Positions 32,617-42,693 of a stretch of DNA of 64,000 nucleotides are shown piece by piece. The translations under genes were made by a program, and so were the position numbers. The DNA is from an uncultured Planctomycetia bacterium. GTDB taxonomy: Bacteria; Omnitrophota; Gorgyraeia; Duberdicusellales; 4484-171. Each line of letters starts with the position of its first letter. The first letter of the stretch is position 1. The stretch spans positions 4,277 through 68,276 of the forward strand of contig CAYVYJ010000007.1 of assembly GCA_964455085.1 (NCBI GenBank). Reading direction: 5' to 3'. The notes below the pieces were generated by a model. The model saw only the letters and a list, made by a program, of their open reading frames with translations, made no database searches and was not told the DNA's origin.

Positions 32617-34195
32617 AGAGCTTTACTACTTTTAAGGAAACTATATTAGGATTAGCCTTAATTTGAGTTATGACCGCATCACTCACCGAATTGTCAAGAT
32701 TAAGAATGGTTAAAGCCAAAGATTTCTGGTTGCTACGGCCTAAACTCATACCGGCTATATTTATATCATGCGACCCTAATGTAGTACCTAAGAAGCCGAT
32801 GACTCCTGGCTTATCTTGGTTATTTATGACCAGCATAGATTCAGAAGGAGCAACTTCCAGATAAACATCATCAACTTTAACGAAGCGTGCCTCTTTATTA
32901 GCAAAGAGAGTTCCTTCCAGAAGCCGCTCTTCTTTATCGGTAATGACTCTTATCCTTATACAATTAACATACTCTCCTTCTTCACTTATTTTTACCTGAG
33001 TTATCTTAATACCTCTATCTTTAGCGACTTCCAAAGCATTTATATAATTAATATCATCTTCTAGCTGTTGGGAGAAGAATCCTCGGGCAAAAGCCGCGCC
33101 TAAAACATCTACCTTATAAGAAGATATTTCACCAAGATAAGATATTTTTATCTCCTTTGCGCCCCCTTTAATAAGCTGGGAGAGAAATTTGCCCATCTTC
33201 TCCGCTAAATTAAAATAAGGTCCGATAATTTTATAAGTTTCCGGGTCAAGTTGAGCATAATTAACAGCATTTCTAATGGCATTGCCCAGAAGGGCATCTT
33301 TTATGCAATGAGCAACTTCGATAGCAACGTTTACTTGAGCCTCTTCTGTAGAAGCACCCAGATGCGGGGTAACAATGAGATTGTCTAACTCTAAAAGCTG
33401 GGAATCAAGAGGTGGCTCCTGAGCATAAACATCTAAAGCCGCACCAGCAATTTTCTTTTCCTTCAATGCCTGATACAAAGCTTTCTCATCGATTATCCCT
33501 CCTCGGGCGCAATTAACGATAAAAGCGCTCGGCTTCATCTTAAGAAACTCTTCATTAGAAATCATTCCTTTAGTCTCCTCAGTAAACGGAGTATGAACGG
33601 TAATAAAATCTGACCTCTCCCATATTTCTTTGAGCTCGGCTAACTTTACTCCTGCTTTATTGGCTACATCCTCAGAGACAAAAGGATCAAAGACTAAAAC
33701 TTCCATACCAAAAGCAATTGCCCGCTTAGCTACCTCTTTACCAATCCGCCCTAATCCTACGACGCCTAAAACTTTAGAATATAATTCAGTTCCTTTAAAC
33801 TTAGATCTTTCCCACTTCTTGTTCTTGAGCGAGATGTGGGCAAAAGGAATGTTTCGGGCAACGGCCAATAGAAGAGCAAAAGTCTGCTCGCAGGTAGAAA
33901 TGGTATTGCCTCCGGGGGCATTCATAACGATTATCCCCTTCTTGGTTGCTGCTTCTATATCTACATTGTCTAAGCCAACTCCAGCCCGGCCGATAACTTT
34001 TAAATTATCAGCTTTCTCAATAATATCACTGGTAAGTTTCGTGCCACTTCTTATAACAATACCTTTATAATTACCAATTATCTTTTTAAGTTCCTCAGGG
34101 CTTAATTTATATTTACAGTCGACCTTAAATCCGGCTTTCTCTAGTATTTTTACTCCTTCTGATGATAATTTATCCGATACAATAATCTTATCCAT
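32615..34195 (-). CDS. serA: D-3-phosphoglycerate dehydrogenase
   Basis: GRAGVGLDNVD, GLGRIG, NCARGG, TPHLGASTEEAQ, C-terminal ACT domain. Confidence 0.97.
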   Translation of the reverse strand: MDKIIVSDKLSSEGVKILEKAGFKVDCKYKLSPEELKKIIGNYKGIVIRSGTKLTSDIIEKADNLKVIGRAGVGLDNVDIEAATKKGIIVMNAPGGNTISTCEQTFALLLAVARNIPFAHISLKNKKWERSKFKGTELYSKVLGVVGLGRIGKEVAKRAIAFGMEVLVFDPFVSEDVANKAGVKLAELKEIWERSDFITVHTPFTEETKGMISNEEFLKMKPSAFIVNCARGGIIDEKALYQALKEKKIAGAALDVYAQEPPLDSQLLELDNLIVTPHLGASTEEAQVNVAIEVAHCIKDALLGNAIRNAVNYAQLDPETYKIIGPYFNLAEKMGKFLSQLIKGGAKEIKISYLGEISSYKVDVLGAAFARGFFSQQLEDDINYINALEVAKDRGIKITQVKISEEGEYVNCIRIRVITDKEERLLEGTLFANKEARFVKVDDVYLEVAPSESMLVINNQDKPGVIGFLGTTLGSHDINIAGMSLGRSNQKSLALTILNLDNSVSDAVITQIKANPNIVSLKVVKL

Positions 34196-35321
34196 AAAGA
34201 ACCTCCTCTAACCGTACCCCTGAAGCCCCTGCTTCAAATTTATATCCTAAGTTTTCCAGCTCCCCTTCAAGAAGTGAAAAACATTCAATCAAATCTTTCT
34301 CATTTATCCAGCCCATATGGGCAATACGAAAAATTTTATCTTTAAGATCACCTTGGCCACCAGCTATACTTAGACCATGCTTCTTTCTTAAATTTTTGAC
34401 AATATCTGAAGATTTAACACCCGATGGTGAGACAATAGCTGTAACCGAATCCGAAGGGGCAGAAGAAAAAACCTCAAGGCCCAATGCCTTGACTGCTTCT
34501 TGAGTAGCTTCTGCCAGCTTAGCAAATCTCTTCTGCCTATTCTCCAATCCTTCTTTAGTTATAGCATCAATTGCTGTCTTTAACCCGACAATAAGCGATA
34601 CTGCTGGAGTATAGGGCGTATCATCCTTGGCATGACTCTTTAAGGCTTTAGTCAAATCAAAATAGTATTTAGGTAAGTCCGAGGCCGCAAGCAAGCTTTG
34701 AGCTTTTTTACTTAAGCTTAAGAAACCTAAACCCGGCGGGAGCATAAAACCTTTCTGAGATCCGCAAACTACCACATCTACCCCCCACTGGTCAGTAAGC
34801 AAAACATCTTGGCCTAAGCCGCTAATTGCATCGACCACCAAAAGTATATCTCTTTCCTTGGTAATCTTAGCGATTCGTTCAATATCGAAAACAGTTGCCG
34901 TAGAAGTCTCACAGAGAGTGGTAAGGACACCTTTTATATCTTTATTGGCATCTAAAATCTTAGCCACCTCCTCCGGTGAAGGTGCTTTTCCCCACTCTAT
35001 ACTCATCTCTACCAGACCTAAGGAGAAACTTTTAGCTATTTCGCTCCACCTTTGGCCAAATTTACCTCCGGCAATAGTTAATACCTTATCATCCCTAGAA
35101 AATAGATTGCTTACCGCAGCCTCCATCGCACCGGTCCCTGAAGAAGCAAGGATCAGTACTGGATTCTCGGTACAAAAAATTCTCTTTAATCCGCTATGGA
35201 CCTCTGAGAGAATCTTACTAAATTCAGCTGTCCGATGGTGCAAAATCTCTTCAGAAAGACTTTCCCTGACAAAAGAAGGCACAGGTGTGGGTCCTGGGGT
35301 CATTAAAAATCTACGTTCCAT
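34188..35321 (-). CDS. Class V aminotransferase (serine-pyruvate/phosphoserine aminotransferase-like)
   Basis: LMTPGPTPVP, SSGTGAMEAA, ETST, VDAIS, GSQKGFMLPPG; coupled to serA. Confidence 0.92.
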   Translation of the reverse strand: MERRFLMTPGPTPVPSFVRESLSEEILHHRTAEFSKILSEVHSGLKRIFCTENPVLILASSGTGAMEAAVSNLFSRDDKVLTIAGGKFGQRWSEIAKSFSLGLVEMSIEWGKAPSPEEVAKILDANKDIKGVLTTLCETSTATVFDIERIAKITKERDILLVVDAISGLGQDVLLTDQWGVDVVVCGSQKGFMLPPGLGFLSLSKKAQSLLAASDLPKYYFDLTKALKSHAKDDTPYTPAVSLIVGLKTAIDAITKEGLENRQKRFAKLAEATQEAVKALGLEVFSSAPSDSVTAIVSPSGVKSSDIVKNLRKKHGLSIAGGQGDLKDKIFRIAHMGWINEKDLIECFSLLEGELENLGYKFEAGASGVRLEEVLYG

Positions 35322-35371
35322 CTTCTCTACTCCTTTTATTGATTAGTGAAAGCTTGGCTAAAACTAAATAA

Positions 35372-35983
35372 TTATTTCTTATTACCCTTACGCTTAGTGT
35401 TAATCAGCACCTCATCTAATATTCCGTACTCTTTGGCTTCCGGAGCGCTCATAAAAAAATCTCTATCAGTATCTACTTTTATCTTATCCAACGACTTCCC
35501 GGTATGAGCAGAAAGGATATCGTTTACTTTAGCTCGAAGCCGTAAAATCTCTTTCGTCTGTATCGAGATATCTTCTGCTGAACCTTGAACGCCACCCCAG
35601 GGCTGATGAATCATAATCCGGGAATTAGGCAGAGCAAACCTCTTATTCTTGGTTCCGGCACAAAGAAGCAAAGCCCCTAAAGACGCAGCTTGCCCCACGC
35701 AATAAGTTGCTACATCACATTTTATGAATTGCATCGTATCATATATAGCCAAACCAGCAGTAATAGCGCCACCGGGTGTATTAATATAAAGGTTAATATC
35801 TTTAGTCACTTCCTCCATCTGGAGAAATAACATTTGAGCAATAACCACATTAGCAATATTATCGTCCACAGGCGTACCGATAAAAATAATTCTATCTTTG
35901 AGCAGCCGAGAATATATATCATAGGCCCGCTCTACTCTTCCGGTTTGCTCAATAACCATAGGAACATACATTTGATTCTTCAT
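35372..35983 (-). CDS. clpP: ATP-dependent Clp protease proteolytic subunit
   Basis: [30 protein letters not shown]. Confidence 0.99.
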   Translation of the reverse strand: MKNQMYVPMVIEQTGRVERAYDIYSRLLKDRIIFIGTPVDDNIANVVIAQMLFLQMEEVTKDINLYINTPGGAITAGLAIYDTMQFIKCDVATYCVGQAASLGALLLCAGTKNKRFALPNSRIMIHQPWGGVQGSAEDISIQTKEILRLRAKVNDILSAHTGKSLDKIKVDTDRDFFMSAPEAKEYGILDEVLINTKRKGNKK

Positions 35984-35987
35984 CTTC

Positions 35988-36884
35988 CTACCCCCTTCTT
36001 TGATATTCTGCTTGGCTTAAAATTAATCCCAAAATAACATCACCCAAATTATTATCCACCTTTATACCTTCCTGCTTGGCAATCGCCTCTAAAATATAGA
36101 ATAATTTTATATCCTCTCTGGCTATCGGCTCTAACTTATCGCTTAGGTCTTTCTTGTATTTATCGATATCTTCTTGAGATGTACCCTGGTGTTGCAGCCT
36201 GGATATCTCTCTATCTATCAACTCTTGATGGTGACGGTCAACTTCACCCTTAGGCAAATCGACTTTAACTGTCTTGAGCAGCTGTGTACGAATTTGTTTA
36301 TCAATATCGGCCCGGCGCTCTCGGGACTTCTCTAAAAAAAGCTGTGCTCGTATTGTCGCCCGCAGAGACTTAAGATCCGAGAAAGATGCCCATTTAGCTA
36401 AATCTTGATCATCTAAATCCTTATTAACTACCTTCTTGATTCCTTCCTTTAAATTGGTTAACACTTTTTCAATCTCAATCTCGCCTACTTCACAATTCTT
36501 ATCCTTAATCTTTATTCCTTTGTAAGAACTTTCTTTAACTTCTATCTCAGGTCTAGTCTCAAAATCTACAGAAAATGATAGCCTATCGGCGGTGAGCTTA
36601 ATATCGTAGACATTAGGTAAACCTGCCGGCAATATTTTACTATCCTCTAAAGCCTTCCGATAGAGGCGCGGTAGAACCTCTTTTAGCAATTCATCCTTCA
36701 AGAATTTGCTGTGGTGCCGCTCAAGTATATCTAGGGGGGCACTTCCGGGCCTGAATCCGGGGACTTTAAGGCCCTCTGCTTTCTTGCTATAGACTTGGTT
36801 CTTCTCTTTTAAGAATTCTTCTCCGCTAACCTCGATTTTGATTGTACGTTTTAACTTATCTATTTTCTTTACTTCCCTATCCAT
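35988..36884 (-). CDS. tig: Trigger factor lacking the central FKBP domain
   Basis: [10 protein letters not shown] ribosome-binding loop, C-terminal SurA-like domain, 298 aa, upstream of clpP. Confidence 0.88.
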   Translation of the reverse strand: MDREVKKIDKLKRTIKIEVSGEEFLKEKNQVYSKKAEGLKVPGFRPGSAPLDILERHHSKFLKDELLKEVLPRLYRKALEDSKILPAGLPNVYDIKLTADRLSFSVDFETRPEIEVKESSYKGIKIKDKNCEVGEIEIEKVLTNLKEGIKKVVNKDLDDQDLAKWASFSDLKSLRATIRAQLFLEKSRERRADIDKQIRTQLLKTVKVDLPKGEVDRHHQELIDREISRLQHQGTSQEDIDKYKKDLSDKLEPIAREDIKLFYILEAIAKQEGIKVDNNLGDVILGLILSQAEYQRRG

Positions 36885-36928
36885 TCCAGCTACTTCTCCT
36901 TTGGCTAAATTCTTTATTAGTCAAACAC

Positions 36929-37651
36929 CTACATTTTAAAATCTTTACCTAAATACACTTCCCTGGCCTCAGCATGGTTAATTAAATCATCGGAGGTCCC
37001 GGAAATTAAAATCCGCCCTTCGGAAATTAAGTAAGCACGATCAGTTATCGAAAGGGTCTCCCGTACATTATGATCAGTTACCAAAATCCCCATCCCTTTA
37101 TTCCTTAAGTCGGCAATTATCTCTTTTGCCTCTCCGACTACTATCGGATCAATTCCTGAAAAAGGCTCATCCAAAAGAAGAAAAGAAGGGTTTGTCACCA
37201 GAGCCCGAGTAATTTCCAGACGCCGGGTTTCTCCTCCACTAAGAGTATAAGCTTTACTCTTTCTCAAGTGTGAAATTTTTAACTCTTCCAGAAGTTCATC
37301 AAGACGTTTGAGACGCTCTATACGCGTAAGCGGCAAAACCTCTAAAATTGCCATAATGTTTTCTTCCACGGTAAGCTTCCTAAACACTGAGGGCTCCTGA
37401 GAAAGGTAGCCGATCCCAAACCTGGCCCGTACATGAATCGGGGTATAGGTAATATCGTGATTATCAAACATAATCTGCCCCTGATTGGGAGAAATAATTC
37501 CCACGACCATATAGAAAGTAGTAGTCTTTCCGGCTCCGTTAGGGCCAAGCAAACCTACTATTTCCCCTCGCCTGACTGAAAGAGCCACCTCTTTCACCAC
37601 TGTTTTATTACCGTAAGATTTGGTTAAGTTGTTAACTTCTAAGAGTCGCAT
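36929..37651 (-). CDS. lptB: LPS export ABC transporter ATPase
   Basis: GLLGPNGAGKTTTFYM, LSGGETRRLEI, LLDEPFSGIDP, TDHNVRETL. Confidence 0.97.
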   Translation of the reverse strand: MRLLEVNNLTKSYGNKTVVKEVALSVRRGEIVGLLGPNGAGKTTTFYMVVGIISPNQGQIMFDNHDITYTPIHVRARFGIGYLSQEPSVFRKLTVEENIMAILEVLPLTRIERLKRLDELLEELKISHLRKSKAYTLSGGETRRLEITRALVTNPSFLLLDEPFSGIDPIVVGEAKEIIADLRNKGMGILVTDHNVRETLSITDRAYLISEGRILISGTSDDLINHAEAREVYLGKDFKM

Positions 37652-38463
37652 TATTTAAAAAGGTCCATGCTTTCGCCACTATCAGGATAATAAATTACCC
37701 GTGGCCGTCCTTCAAGGACTATTCTTTGCTCCTTGCTGAAGTAACTTGCCTTCTGAGAAAAAGTCACATTATTACCGCGGACTATCTTAACATTGCCCTC
37801 AGAGATAATCTTAATTATTTCCTTACTCTCGGTATCAAAAAACAAGGTTGCCTTATCTGAGTATAATTTACCTTGAGGATTAGTGACCACGACATCTTGA
37901 TTAAAGATCGCTTTACCAGCATCGTACTCAATCTCCAGAGGACCGCTGCAGGTAGCAGTAGTAATCTCCTTGCTCTTCTTATCGGGAAGAACCACTTCTA
38001 CGTTCTTTTTAAAATTGGCTTTTTTAAGCTGGGTATCGGCAAATAACCCGTCGGCTTCTATTTGCATTGAATCTCTGACGGTCTTCACCCGATCATCAGT
38101 TTCGACAAAATTCTTAGTTCTCTGCCAATTCAAAGAATCAGTATCTAAAGTCGTGCCTTCCTTATTCTCGATGTGGACATTATCTTTAAGATAAACGTCC
38201 ATATTAATCTTGTTCAATCTTGCCTGATCAGAGGTAATTAAAATTGTATCATCTTTTGCGTAATAATTTGCCTCCATCTCATCGATGTCAATATATTCAT
38301 CATGGATTATAGCTTCCTTACCCTCTACTTCCCAATCTCGGCTGCCATCGTCTTTAAAGTTAGAGAGATAAAAATCCTTGATTTTTTGTTGCTCATAGGC
38401 CTGAATACTTCCCGGCCCCAGCAAAAACACAATAATACTTAAAATCAGACCTTTTAAAAGCAT
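37651..38463 (-). CDS. LptC-LptA/OstA-like two-jellyroll protein
   Basis: N-terminal hydrophobic segment, LptC-like half (TLDTDSLNW...VETDDRV) and LptA-like half (GNVKIVRG...IVLEGRPRV); between kdsC and lptB. Confidence 0.8.
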   Translation of the reverse strand: MLLKGLILSIIVFLLGPGSIQAYEQQKIKDFYLSNFKDDGSRDWEVEGKEAIIHDEYIDIDEMEANYYAKDDTILITSDQARLNKINMDVYLKDNVHIENKEGTTLDTDSLNWQRTKNFVETDDRVKTVRDSMQIEADGLFADTQLKKANFKKNVEVVLPDKKSKEITTATCSGPLEIEYDAGKAIFNQDVVVTNPQGKLYSDKATLFFDTESKEIIKIISEGNVKIVRGNNVTFSQKASYFSKEQRIVLEGRPRVIYYPDSGESMDLFK

Positions 38464-38496
38464 ACTAATATACCAAAATAAGCTTTAAAGTCAACC

Positions 38497-39075
38497 TCAG
38501 GCAGCATTCCAACCAGGGCGTTTAATAAGTCTGCGGATTCTTTTCTCTAGGTTCTTAGCTTTAAAGATTAAGTCCGCTACTTCTCTAACTGCTCCCTCTC
38601 CGCCTCGGGTTTTAGTGATATAATTTGCTACTCCTTTAACCTCTGCCGGTGCATCGGCAACTGCTACAGCTACCCCCACCTTCTCCATTACGCCGATGTC
38701 TATTAAGTCATCACCGATAAAACAAATCTCACCTTCCTTAACCTTATAATTCTTCTTGATTTTCCCTAAAACAGACTCTTTAGGCAGGACTCCGCCAATT
38801 ATTTCAGCTACCCTCATATCCTGGGCGCGTTTCTTAAGCACCGGGGAATTCTTGGCTGAAAGCAAGACAGTCTTAACCCCCATCTTACCCAAAAGTAATA
38901 CACCTAATCCATCTTTGACATTAAAAATTTTAAGTTCCCGGCCCTGATTATCATAAATAATCTCACCGCGGGTTAATACTCCATCCACATCCAAAATAAG
39001 CAGCTTTACCTTCTTGAATAATGATTTAATCGACAGACTATGAGCTGTCCCGGCACTTTTTCCTTTTTCCTTCAT
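38497..39075 (-). CDS. kdsC: KDO 8-phosphate phosphatase
   Basis: LILDVDGVLT, FNVKDGLG, IGDDLID, GGEGAVRE. Confidence 0.95.
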   Translation of the reverse strand: MKEKGKSAGTAHSLSIKSLFKKVKLLILDVDGVLTRGEIIYDNQGRELKIFNVKDGLGVLLLGKMGVKTVLLSAKNSPVLKKRAQDMRVAEIIGGVLPKESVLGKIKKNYKVKEGEICFIGDDLIDIGVMEKVGVAVAVADAPAEVKGVANYITKTRGGEGAVREVADLIFKAKNLEKRIRRLIKRPGWNAA

Positions 39076-39090
39076 CCTTCTTCCTTAATA

Positions 39091-40071
39091 TTATATTATT
39101 CCAGCAGCAATCAAATCCTGAATATCAAGCATTCCCACCGGCCGATAATTCTTATCTACTACCGGAACTTCATCAATCTTCTTCCGCTCCAGAATCTTTA
39201 GCGCTTGGGAAGCTAAATCGTCGTTACAGACTACTATCGGATTTTTAGTCATAACTGTCTTAACCTTTCTTTTCAAGAGGTGCGGGTACTTCTCTAGGTT
39301 TCGCCGCAAGTCGCCATCGGTAAATATCCCGATTAGTTTCCTATTCTGATTGACAACAGTTGCTGCGCCGGCATGGGCAGTAGTTATCTTTAAAATAACC
39401 TCTTTGACTAAAGTATTTTCAGCAACAACCGGATTAAACTTACCCTTACGCATAATGTCTTTGACTTTAAGTAGTAGTTTTCTTCCTAAAGAACCCCGGG
39501 GATGGAAAAAAGCGAAGTCTTTCTCTTTAAAACCCTTTAACTTCTGCAAAACTACTGATATTGCATCGCATATTGCCAGCATAGCGGTAGTGGAAGTAGT
39601 GGGAGCCAGGCCTAAAGCACAAGCTTCCTTATCGACCTTAACATTAACTACACAATCAGCGTAACGGGCCAAACTTGAGGTAATATTACCGGTAACAGCA
39701 ATTATCTTTGCTCCTAACTTCTTTATGAAGGGGATTAAATTTTTTATCTCATCGGTCTCTCCGCTATAGGAAAGAACCACTACCAGATCATCTTCGCGCA
39801 CACTACCTAAATCACCGTGAACTGCTTCGGCAGCATGAAGCCAAAACGATGAAGAACCAGTAGAAGAAAGAGTAGCTGAAAACTTCTGACCGATAATCCC
39901 GGCCTTACCCATACCGGTAACTACAACCCTGCCACGGCAGTTAGAAATCGTATCAATTACCTTTAAAAAACTTTCGTCCAAATTACGGGCTAGGTTGCCA
40001 ATACCCTTCTTCTCAGTCTCAAGCACCTCTTTAGCCCATTTTATGACCTCTTTTTTATTAATTGCACTCAT
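39091..40071 (-). CDS. kdsD: Arabinose-5-phosphate isomerase (KpsF/GutQ)
   Basis: GMGKAG, EAVHGDLG, LAPTTSTT, HPRGSLG, CBS pair. Confidence 0.95.
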   Translation of the reverse strand: MSAINKKEVIKWAKEVLETEKKGIGNLARNLDESFLKVIDTISNCRGRVVVTGMGKAGIIGQKFSATLSSTGSSSFWLHAAEAVHGDLGSVREDDLVVVLSYSGETDEIKNLIPFIKKLGAKIIAVTGNITSSLARYADCVVNVKVDKEACALGLAPTTSTTAMLAICDAISVVLQKLKGFKEKDFAFFHPRGSLGRKLLLKVKDIMRKGKFNPVVAENTLVKEVILKITTAHAGAATVVNQNRKLIGIFTDGDLRRNLEKYPHLLKRKVKTVMTKNPIVVCNDDLASQALKILERKKIDEVPVVDKNYRPVGMLDIQDLIAAGII

Positions 40072-40855
40072 TTACTGCCTCTCTTATTTTGAGAACCCTC
40101 TTAATCAGGCCTTTTAGTTTAGCTAAGGGGAAAGAGGTGTGAGGATCGGATAAAGCCATTGAAGGTTTAGGATGCACCTCCATAAACAAACCATCAACAC
40201 CGCAAGCTACTGCAGCTCGAGCCAGGGGCTCGGCAAATTCTCGATCGCCTCCAGAAACTCCCTCTTTTGCTGAAGGACGCTGTAAGGAGTGAGTAACATC
40301 ATAAATTATGGGGTAACCAAACTTCTTCATAATTAAAAAAGAACGAAAATCAACTACCAAACTATTGTAGCCAAAACAATTTCCCCGCTCAGTGATAAAA
40401 ATATTTTTATTTCCGGTTGAGACGATTTTTTCAATTATATACTTAACATCAGCCGGTGAAATAAATTGACCCTTCTTTATATTTATCGCCCTCTTAGTCT
40501 TTGACGCCTCTAAGATTAAATCAGTCTGACGACAGAGAAAGGCCGGTATCTGAATTATATCTAAAACATCCTTCGCCACCTTTATCTGTTCAACGCAATG
40601 TATATCGCTTAGGATCGGGACGCTTAGCTTCTTTTTAACTGCCTCTAATATTTTTATCCCTTTAGCTAAACCGGCCCCTCGGGGCGACCTTATCGAAGTG
40701 CGATTAGCTTTATCAAAACTGGCCTTAAAGATAAATTGTACCGGAAGAGTGGAAAATAAATCCTTGAGATAAGAAGCGATGTTTAGGGTTTCGCTCTTAT
40801 TTTCAATTGCACAAGGTCCGGCAATAAAAATTAATTCCTTCTTCTTGATCATCAC
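40058..40855 (-). CDS. kdsA: KDO 8-phosphate synthase
   Basis: IAGPCAIE, FKASFDKANRTS, QIPAFLCRQTDL, NIKKGQF. Confidence 0.98.
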   Translation of the reverse strand: MMIKKKELIFIAGPCAIENKSETLNIASYLKDLFSTLPVQFIFKASFDKANRTSIRSPRGAGLAKGIKILEAVKKKLSVPILSDIHCVEQIKVAKDVLDIIQIPAFLCRQTDLILEASKTKRAINIKKGQFISPADVKYIIEKIVSTGNKNIFITERGNCFGYNSLVVDFRSFLIMKKFGYPIIYDVTHSLQRPSAKEGVSGGDREFAEPLARAAVACGVDGLFMEVHPKPSMALSDPHTSFPLAKLKGLIKRVLKIREAVNECN

Positions 40856-40856
40856 A

Positions 40857-41633
40857 CTATTCCTTCTCCGCTAAGATCCGCTCTACTTCTTGAAGGTCCT
40901 CTTCAGTATCTACACCGCAAGAATCAAATTTAGTTTCAATAACCTTTATCTTATATCCAGCTTCTATTGCTCTTAACTGCTCCAATTTCTCTGCCTTCTC
41001 TAAGACAGAAACAGGAAGATTTTTAAAGGTGTAAAGAAAATCCTTGGTATAAACGTATATTCCTAAATGCTTATAATAAACTTCACCTGAGGCCGCTTCA
41101 CTCTCAAGAGAATCTGGAGAACTTTCTGGCCGGCGGTAAAAGGGAATTGGGTGGCGGGAGAAATAAACCGCAAAATCTTCTCTGGTAGTTATAACCTTAA
41201 CTACGTTAGGGTTATTTACTTCCTCCCTTTTGTCTATCCGCTTTTTGACCGTAGCCATAACTAAATCGGGGTCAGCCAGCATCTCCTGAGCCAAGCGGTC
41301 GATTATTGAATGATTAATCAACGGCTCATCAGCCTGAATATTTACAACAATCTTAGCCTCGATATCCCTTACAGCCTCAGCTATCCTATCGGTTCCCGAA
41401 GAATGTTTAGGTGAAGTTAAAATGGTCTCCGCCCCAAACTTCTCAGCTTCTTTTTTTATCTGGGGATGATCACAGGCAATAATCAACTTATCCAGGCTAT
41501 GAGCCAAAGCTGCGTTTTCCCAGGTCCACTGCAAGAGGCTCTTGCCGCGAATAGAACGTAGGAGCTTATAGGAGAGGCGTGTTGATTCATACCTGGCCGG
41601 TATCACTCCAATTGTGTTAAAATTATTTTCCAT
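40857..41633 (-). CDS. kdsB: CMP-KDO synthetase
   Basis: IPARYESTRL, SGTDRIAEA, NIQADEP, EKLEQLR. Confidence 0.97.
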   Translation of the reverse strand: MENNFNTIGVIPARYESTRLSYKLLRSIRGKSLLQWTWENAALAHSLDKLIIACDHPQIKKEAEKFGAETILTSPKHSSGTDRIAEAVRDIEAKIVVNIQADEPLINHSIIDRLAQEMLADPDLVMATVKKRIDKREEVNNPNVVKVITTREDFAVYFSRHPIPFYRRPESSPDSLESEAASGEVYYKHLGIYVYTKDFLYTFKNLPVSVLEKAEKLEQLRAIEAGYKIKVIETKFDSCGVDTEEDLQEVERILAEKE

Positions 41634-42597
41634 TGATTGCTTTATTAAGCTCTTTTTTACTTACGGTGGCTGCTCCTAATTTACCGACTACAATCCCGGC
41701 AGCTAAATTAGCAATTATTGCTGCCTCTTTATAAGTGGCCCCGGAAGCTAAGCCTAAGGTAAAAACAGAAATTACCGTATCTCCGGCTCCGCTTACGTCA
41801 AAAACCTCTAAAGCTGCTGTCGGTATACGATAGTGTTCCTTACCGGAAAATAACAACATTCCGTCCTCACCTAAAGTTATCAGAAGTGCTTTAGGGTTTA
41901 ATTTCTTCATAATTATTTTACCCAAGAAAGGTAGCTGATCTTTATTTCTTATCTTGATATTTGCTGCCGCCTGAGCTTCTTTTAAATTAGGGGTAAGAGC
42001 AGTTACGTCTTCATAATAATTAAAGTGTTCTTCTTTGGGGTCAACAGTAATTATTTTCTGCCTCTTGCGACATAAACTTACTAACTTTTCTAACAGCAAA
42101 GGATTTATTACCCCTTTACCGTAATCTTCGACAATTACCGCATCAAAACTATCCAGGCTCTTTTTAATTTTGCCAAGAATCAAGCGGTTTATATTAGCCG
42201 TAAGAAATTCCAATGATTCCCAATCAACCCTTAACATTTGCTGATGATGGGCAATTATCCGGGTCTTTAGAGTAGTTGGCCGCTGGTTATCTTTAACAAT
42301 TAAATCAGTGCAAATGCCACTATCGTTGATAAGCGAAAACAAACTTTTGCCAAAATGATCTTTACCAATGACTCCGCAAAGACTCACCCTTGCACCTAAA
42401 GCGTTAAGGTTTAATCCTACATTGGCTGCCCCGCCAGGGACAAAGTTCTCTTTGTTGGCCCAAACTACCGGAACCGGAGCTTCCGGCGAAACCCGCTCTA
42501 CACCTCCAGAAATATGATGGTCAAGGATCAAATCTCCGACCACCAGGATATTTTTACCTCTAAAACGGGAAACAATATTTTTTAGCTTCTCTTTCAT
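41623..42597 (-). CDS. hldA: Heptose 7-phosphate kinase (stand-alone HldE/RfaE domain I)
   Basis: VVGDLILD, RVSPEAPVPV, DYGKG, VFDVSGAGDT. Confidence 0.92.
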   Translation of the reverse strand: MKEKLKNIVSRFRGKNILVVGDLILDHHISGGVERVSPEAPVPVVWANKENFVPGGAANVGLNLNALGARVSLCGVIGKDHFGKSLFSLINDSGICTDLIVKDNQRPTTLKTRIIAHHQQMLRVDWESLEFLTANINRLILGKIKKSLDSFDAVIVEDYGKGVINPLLLEKLVSLCRKRQKIITVDPKEEHFNYYEDVTALTPNLKEAQAAANIKIRNKDQLPFLGKIIMKKLNPKALLITLGEDGMLLFSGKEHYRIPTAALEVFDVSGAGDTVISVFTLGLASGATYKEAAIIANLAAGIVVGKLGAATVSKKELNKAINGK

Positions 42598-42648
42598 CAA
42601 ATTCAGCCTCTAAGCTCACCCCTTTAGACTGCCCAACATAACCAAACA

Positions 42649-42657
42649 ATTATACCA
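42649..42657 (-). promoter_or_regulatory. Extended -10 promoter for the heptose/Kdo/Lpt cluster
   Basis: TGGTATAAT on minus strand about 50 nt upstream of hldA. Confidence 0.6.
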
Positions 42658-42693
42658 TTGTAACAAAAAAAATCTACAACAAAACTTGATAAT

